Origin: an uncultured Bacilli bacterium
GTDB lineage: Bacteria > Bacillota_I > Bacilli_A > RF39 > UBA660
Direction: 5' to 3'
Assembly (NCBI GenBank): GCA_947624705.1
Contig: CANQLL010000001.1
Location: 1-60,216 of the forward strand
Length of the DNA: 60,216 nucleotides
Shown here: piece after piece, positions 56,180 to 60,216 of the stretch
Layout of the letters: the number at the start of each line of letters is the position of its first letter
Position numbering within the stretch: position 1 is the first letter of the stretch
Made by a program: the position numbers and the translations under genes
Notes under the pieces: model-generated
The model's input: only the letters and a program-made list of their open reading frames with translations
Told to the model about the DNA's origin: nothing
The model's database searches: none

Positions 56180-57466
56180 ATGAAATTTAAAATTGTTACT
56201 TTAGGTTGTAAAGTAAATGCTTATGAAAGTGAAATAATCAAAGAAAAATTTTTAGAAAATAACTATATTTTAGATGAAAATAATCCCAATATCATTATTG
56301 TTAACACTTGTAGTGTTACCAATATGGCTGATAATAAATCTAAAAAATTAATTAGAAGAGAAAAAAAGAATCATCCACAAGCCATTTTAGTGGCTTGTGG
56401 ATGTATGAGTCAAAATCATCAAAATGATTTAGACGATTTAGGTATAAATATTTTAATTGGTAATAAAGATAAAAGCAAAATTGTTTTTTTAGTAGAAAAT
56501 TATTTAAATGAAAAACATAATATTAAAAATTTTTATGATATGCAAGAAATTGAATTTGAAAATATGCAAGTTAATAAATTTACTTCGCAAACTAGAGCTT
56601 TTTTGAAAATTCAAGATGGTTGCAATAATTATTGCTCCTATTGTGTTATTCCTTATTTAAGAGGAGTTGCGCGTTGTAAGAATTTTCAAAAAGCTTTAGC
56701 TGAAGCAAAAGCTTTAGTTAAAAGTGGTCATAAAGAAATTGTGTTGACAGGAATTCATACTGGTTCTTATTATGATAGCAATCATGATTTAACGGATTTA
56801 GTTATGGAATTAGCTAAAATAAATGGTTTAGAACGTATTCGTATTTCTTCAATTGAAATTGTAGAAATAACAGATAAATTTTTAGAAATGTTAAAAAATA
56901 CTCCTAAAGTTTGTAATCATCTTCATATTCCTTTACAAAGTGGCAGTGATGAAGTATTAAAAACCATGAATCGCCGTTATAATACGCAAAAATTTGTTAA
57001 AATAGTTAAAAAAATTAGAGAAGTTCGACCTGATATTAGTTTAACAACTGATTTAATAGTCGGTTTTCCCGGTGAAACTGAACAAAACTTTCAAGAATCT
57101 TATGAATTATGTCAAAAGTTAGAATTTAGTAAAATACATGTATTTCCTTATTCCAAAAGAGATAAAACTAAGGCGGCTGAGATGTCTAAGCAAATAGATG
57201 AAACAATAAAAAAACAAAGAGCTCATCAAATGCTAGAATTATCTAATCAATTAGAAGAAAAATATTATCAAAAATTTATTAATCAAAAATTAACCGTTTT
57301 AATTGAAAAAGTATATGATGATTATTCTATTGGTCATACTTCTAATTATATTCCTGTTACAATAAATGAAAAATTAAAAGAAAATACTGAATATGAAGTA
57401 ATTATTCAAAATATAAGTCAAAAAAATGTCAATGGAGTAAAAAGTAATTGCGTAATTTTAAATTAA
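56180..57466 (+). CDS. mtaB: tRNA (N6-threonylcarbamoyladenosine-37) methylthiotransferase MtaB (MiaB-like radical SAM)
   Basis: UPF0004 N-domain (TLGCKVN, NTCSVT, GCM), radical SAM CNNYCSYCVIP and a C-terminal TRAM-like domain. 428 aa is typical of MtaB/YqeV. Confidence 0.85.
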   Translation: MKFKIVTLGCKVNAYESEIIKEKFLENNYILDENNPNIIIVNTCSVTNMADNKSKKLIRREKKNHPQAILVACGCMSQNHQNDLDDLGINILIGNKDKSKIVFLVENYLNEKHNIKNFYDMQEIEFENMQVNKFTSQTRAFLKIQDGCNNYCSYCVIPYLRGVARCKNFQKALAEAKALVKSGHKEIVLTGIHTGSYYDSNHDLTDLVMELAKINGLERIRISSIEIVEITDKFLEMLKNTPKVCNHLHIPLQSGSDEVLKTMNRRYNTQKFVKIVKKIREVRPDISLTTDLIVGFPGETEQNFQESYELCQKLEFSKIHVFPYSKRDKTKAAEMSKQIDETIKKQRAHQMLELSNQLEEKYYQKFINQKLTVLIEKVYDDYSIGHTSNYIPVTINEKLKENTEYEVIIQNISQKNVNGVKSNCVILN

Positions 57467-57486
57467 TGTACTATACTAGGTAGTAG

Positions 57487-58173
57487 GTGATATATATGCG
57501 TTATGATGATAGTGTGAAGCGATATAGTATAGATCGAAGAAGTCCGCAAAAAAATGAACATTTAGGAAATGTTACTTATACTAATAAATTTACGAATTCT
57601 AAAAAGAGAAAGAAAAAATTACAACGGCGGAGGGCATTAGTAGCTGGTGGTGTTGCTGCTTACTTTTTGGTAGGTGGCATTTATATGGGAACTAAAATTG
57701 TAGATAAAACAAAAGATTTAATTGTAGAGCAAATAACGGAAATGCAAGAAGCTAACGAAGCTTATAGAGAAGCACAAAAACCTGTAATTTTTACAAATTA
57801 TACTAATGATGAAATTAGAGCGATGGATATTGATGCTAGAATTAATTTATATCAAGAGTATTTAGATTATATTAATGCTCATGCTGATATACCATATGCA
57901 TATCAACGAAATGGAATACCAGATAATTTAAATTTTTGGCGTATTTATAGTGATGCTAATTATTCTTATATCGAATATAAAAAATATGGAGCTGCTTATG
58001 ATGAAGAAGTTCAAAAAAAGACGATTTTAAGTATTTTAGATAGATATCAACAAGCCATGGATATTGTTACTGAAATGTATAATGGTAAATATAGTTTGAA
58101 TAGCCCTGAAGTGAATGATGATGTTAATTTAATCCATAATGTTAAAGTTGAAAAATTAGATATGACTCCTTGA
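57487..58173 (+). CDS. Hypothetical membrane-anchored protein
   Basis: 228 aa. Basic N-terminus, one TM (LVAGGVAAYFLVGGIYMG) and an extracytoplasmic domain. No motif recognised. Confidence 0.45.
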   Translation: MIYMRYDDSVKRYSIDRRSPQKNEHLGNVTYTNKFTNSKKRKKKLQRRRALVAGGVAAYFLVGGIYMGTKIVDKTKDLIVEQITEMQEANEAYREAQKPVIFTNYTNDEIRAMDIDARINLYQEYLDYINAHADIPYAYQRNGIPDNLNFWRIYSDANYSYIEYKKYGAAYDEEVQKKTILSILDRYQQAMDIVTEMYNGKYSLNSPEVNDDVNLIHNVKVEKLDMTP

Positions 58174-58288
58174 GTCTTTTTAATTTTCAAAAAATTTAAA
58201 GTATAAAATAAAACTATATTGTTACATAAATAAACAAAATTATAGTTGTAAAACATTTATCGTTTATGATAGTATAATCTTATGAGAG

Positions 58289-58942
58289 GTGACTAAAGTG
58301 GATAATAAAATTTATCAAAAAATTTATATTTGGTTATTTGTAGGCTTATTGATTACTTTTGGAACAGGATATTTTCTTTCCTTAAATGAAAATTTAGCTA
58401 GTCAAATACTTACTATTGGTATTTTACCTATAATAGTTATTGAATTAGTTGTTGCTTTGTTAATGGGAATTAGAATTAAAAAAATGCATCCTTTAACAGC
58501 TAAATTATTCTATTTAATTTATAGTGTAACAACAGGTATTACTTTTTCAATGTTATTTTTGTACTATAATTTATCTTCAATGATGTTTATCTTTTTAATT
58601 TCGGCTATAATTTTTATCGTATTAGCTATTTTTGGAGCTACGACCAAAAGAGATTTAAGTAAATTTGGCATGATACTCTTAACTTCATTGTTCGTCATAA
58701 TAATAGTTTCATTATTAAATGCTCTTATTTTTAAAAGTCCAATAACTGATATAGTTATATCTGGTATTTGCGTATTAATCTTTTGTGGCTTTATTGCCTA
58801 TGATATGCAAAAAATTAAAGTTATGCAATATATCGTGAGCGAAGAAAAAGCGGCGATTTTTGGCGCATTTCAATTATATTTAGATTTTATTAACTTATTC
58901 ATTCATTTATTAGAATTATTTGGTAAATCAAAAGATAATTAA
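58289..58942 (+). CDS. Bax inhibitor-1/YccA family membrane protein
   Basis: Seven-TM 217-aa protein with the family C-terminal pattern (AYDMQKIK......A.FGAFQLYLDFINLF). Confidence 0.85.
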   Translation: MTKVDNKIYQKIYIWLFVGLLITFGTGYFLSLNENLASQILTIGILPIIVIELVVALLMGIRIKKMHPLTAKLFYLIYSVTTGITFSMLFLYYNLSSMMFIFLISAIIFIVLAIFGATTKRDLSKFGMILLTSLFVIIIVSLLNALIFKSPITDIVISGICVLIFCGFIAYDMQKIKVMQYIVSEEKAAIFGAFQLYLDFINLFIHLLELFGKSKDN

Positions 58943-59021
58943 TTTCTAAAAAATCTAGAAAAATGATTTGACTTTTTCTAGATTTTTTATTATGATTTAA
59001 AAGAGGATAGAAGGTGTATAA

Positions 59022-59801
59022 ATGAAAAAGCAATTTGCTGAATTAAGTAGTTTTTTATTAATATTTATAGTGGGATCATTATTGTTGGTTGTTCCCACTT
59101 TAGGTTTTACAAATATTAATACTTTATTTTTTGCTATTATGATTTTTCATGGTTTGTTAAGTTATATTTTGTATATGATTATTAGAGAAAAAGATGATTA
59201 TGAATACTTATTTACTTCTTTAGCTTCTGTTTTAGCGGCTTGTGGAGGTATAGTTTTTCAAAATTATAATTCACAAATGGTATTATCTCTATCATTAATT
59301 GGATGGATAGCCATAGTAGCTATTATTAAATTAATAAAAATGGATTATTATCATGATCGTAATAATATTTTATGGTTTATTCGCACTATATCCTTTGTAT
59401 TATTTTTAATAGTTGGAACACTTACTTGTGTAAATTTATATTATAATATTGAAATTCAATCAGTTATGTTAGGTTTTTTCTTAATAATTGTGGCAATATT
59501 AGAAAGTTTAGATCCATTAGTTAAAATTATTCTTTCTCGTAGAGCTCGTAAAGTTTTAATTGCCAAAGAAGCAAAATTAGAACCAATAATGGTTCAAGAA
59601 AATGGAATTAAAGATATGAAAGAAGAAAAAACAGAAATCAAAAAGGTTTCAAAACCAGCAACTAAGAAAACAACACCATCAAAATCAAAACCAACTACTC
59701 GTAAATCTCATACTTCTAAAAGTACTAATACAAAAAAAGCAACAAAACCAAAAACCACAACATCTAAAACAACTAGCAAACCAACCACCAACAAAAAATA
59801 A
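59022..59801 (+). CDS. Hypothetical polytopic membrane protein with a Lys/Thr/Ser-rich tail
   Basis: About 180 aa of TM segments, followed by KVSKPATKKTTPSKSKPTTRKSHTSKSTNTKKATKPKTTTSKTTSKPTTNKK. Confidence 0.5.
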   Translation: MKKQFAELSSFLLIFIVGSLLLVVPTLGFTNINTLFFAIMIFHGLLSYILYMIIREKDDYEYLFTSLASVLAACGGIVFQNYNSQMVLSLSLIGWIAIVAIIKLIKMDYYHDRNNILWFIRTISFVLFLIVGTLTCVNLYYNIEIQSVMLGFFLIIVAILESLDPLVKIILSRRARKVLIAKEAKLEPIMVQENGIKDMKEEKTEIKKVSKPATKKTTPSKSKPTTRKSHTSKSTNTKKATKPKTTTSKTTSKPTTNKK

Positions 59802-59887
59802 GTTGTAAAATTTGCGTCAAAAAAAATAAAATAAATTGAATAAGTTTTAGAATATATAGTATATTACTATTGTAAGGACGTGATACT

Positions 59888-60085
59888 ATGCTTTATCCCT
59901 CAATAGATAAATTACTAAATATTGTGGATTCAAAGTATAAACTAGTTCATGTTGCTTCTTTTCGAAGTAAACAAATGTTGAAAAATAAACATTTTCAAAT
60001 GAAAGAAGAAGAATATAAGAATAAAAAGGAACTAGGAAGAGCTTTGGAAGAGGTAGAAAAAGGATTAATCATTGTGAAACAATGA
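59888..60085 (+). CDS. rpoZ: DNA-directed RNA polymerase subunit omega
   Basis: MLYPSIDKLLNIVDSKYKLVHVASFRSKQM matches the Firmicute RpoZ N-terminus (PSID.L......SKY.LV...A.RA..). Confidence 0.85.
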   Translation: MLYPSIDKLLNIVDSKYKLVHVASFRSKQMLKNKHFQMKEEEYKNKKELGRALEEVEKGLIIVKQ

Positions 60086-60216
60086 TTAATTTTTAAATTT
60101 TAGTTAATTTTAGTTAATTTTTACTAAAAAAGTTAACATTAATGTGAAAAATTTTTGAAAATGTCCCTTTTTAAAAAATGAATAATTATTAAAAATGTCC
60201 CTATAATAAGATGTAA

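Noticed and set aside
60101-60120. Checked the whole window for CRISPR-like arrays. The tandem TAGTTAATTT x2 and the 17-mer triple repeat at 251-373 were the only candidates.
   Set aside because: The repeats are too short, too few and irregularly spaced. No 25-40 bp repeat/spacer periodicity occurs anywhere in the window.
1-60216. Mollicute-type genetic code (TGA = Trp), suggested by the very low GC content.
   Set aside because: Long conserved genes close cleanly at TGA (for example rlmN at 23008-23010), and no family-conserved protein needs TGA read-through. Sporulation genes also argue against a mollicute.

Overview
Very AT-rich chromosomal segment from a low-GC, spore-forming Firmicute, read with the standard genetic code because TGA acts as a stop. 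An Erysipelotrichia- or Clostridia-like origin is inference from gene content and Bacillus-like synteny. Most of the window is housekeeping: T-box-controlled type-2 ileS, a short alaS, trxB, and an fmt-rlmN-prpC-prkC-rsgA-rpe block. It also holds rpmB, a yrzL-ruvX-yrzB-mltG-trmR-murF-U32-U32-greA block, tig, lemA, dnaE, polC, rny, mtaB and rpoZ. Sporulation and germination genes are interspersed: a gerA-type A-C-B receptor operon, gerM-like, gerE and a stand-alone spoIIIAH-like gene. One tRNA-Arg(UCU) is present; there are no rRNA genes and no CRISPR arrays. The most interesting signal lies in three intergenic regions missed by the ORF track (about 9.75-10.12 kb, 19.86-20.16 kb and 51.25-51.53 kb). 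Each holds a 23-32 codon, strongly hydrophobic peptide ORF with its own extended -10 promoter and Shine-Dalgarno site. Each also holds a convergent, roughly 80-90 nt structured RNA gene and an inverted repeat that would pair the 5' and 3' ends of the peptide mRNA. Together they look like a paralogous family of type I toxin-antitoxin-like modules. Other notable points are a 511-bp tandem duplication with an 8-bp slippage difference next to rpmB, and a decayed Fic/Doc gene. Two genes are broken at poly(A) runs and one by a single in-frame stop. There is also an Rpe enzyme fused to a transmembrane/extracellular domain, and a transposase-like remnant with three 17-bp direct repeats at the left edge.
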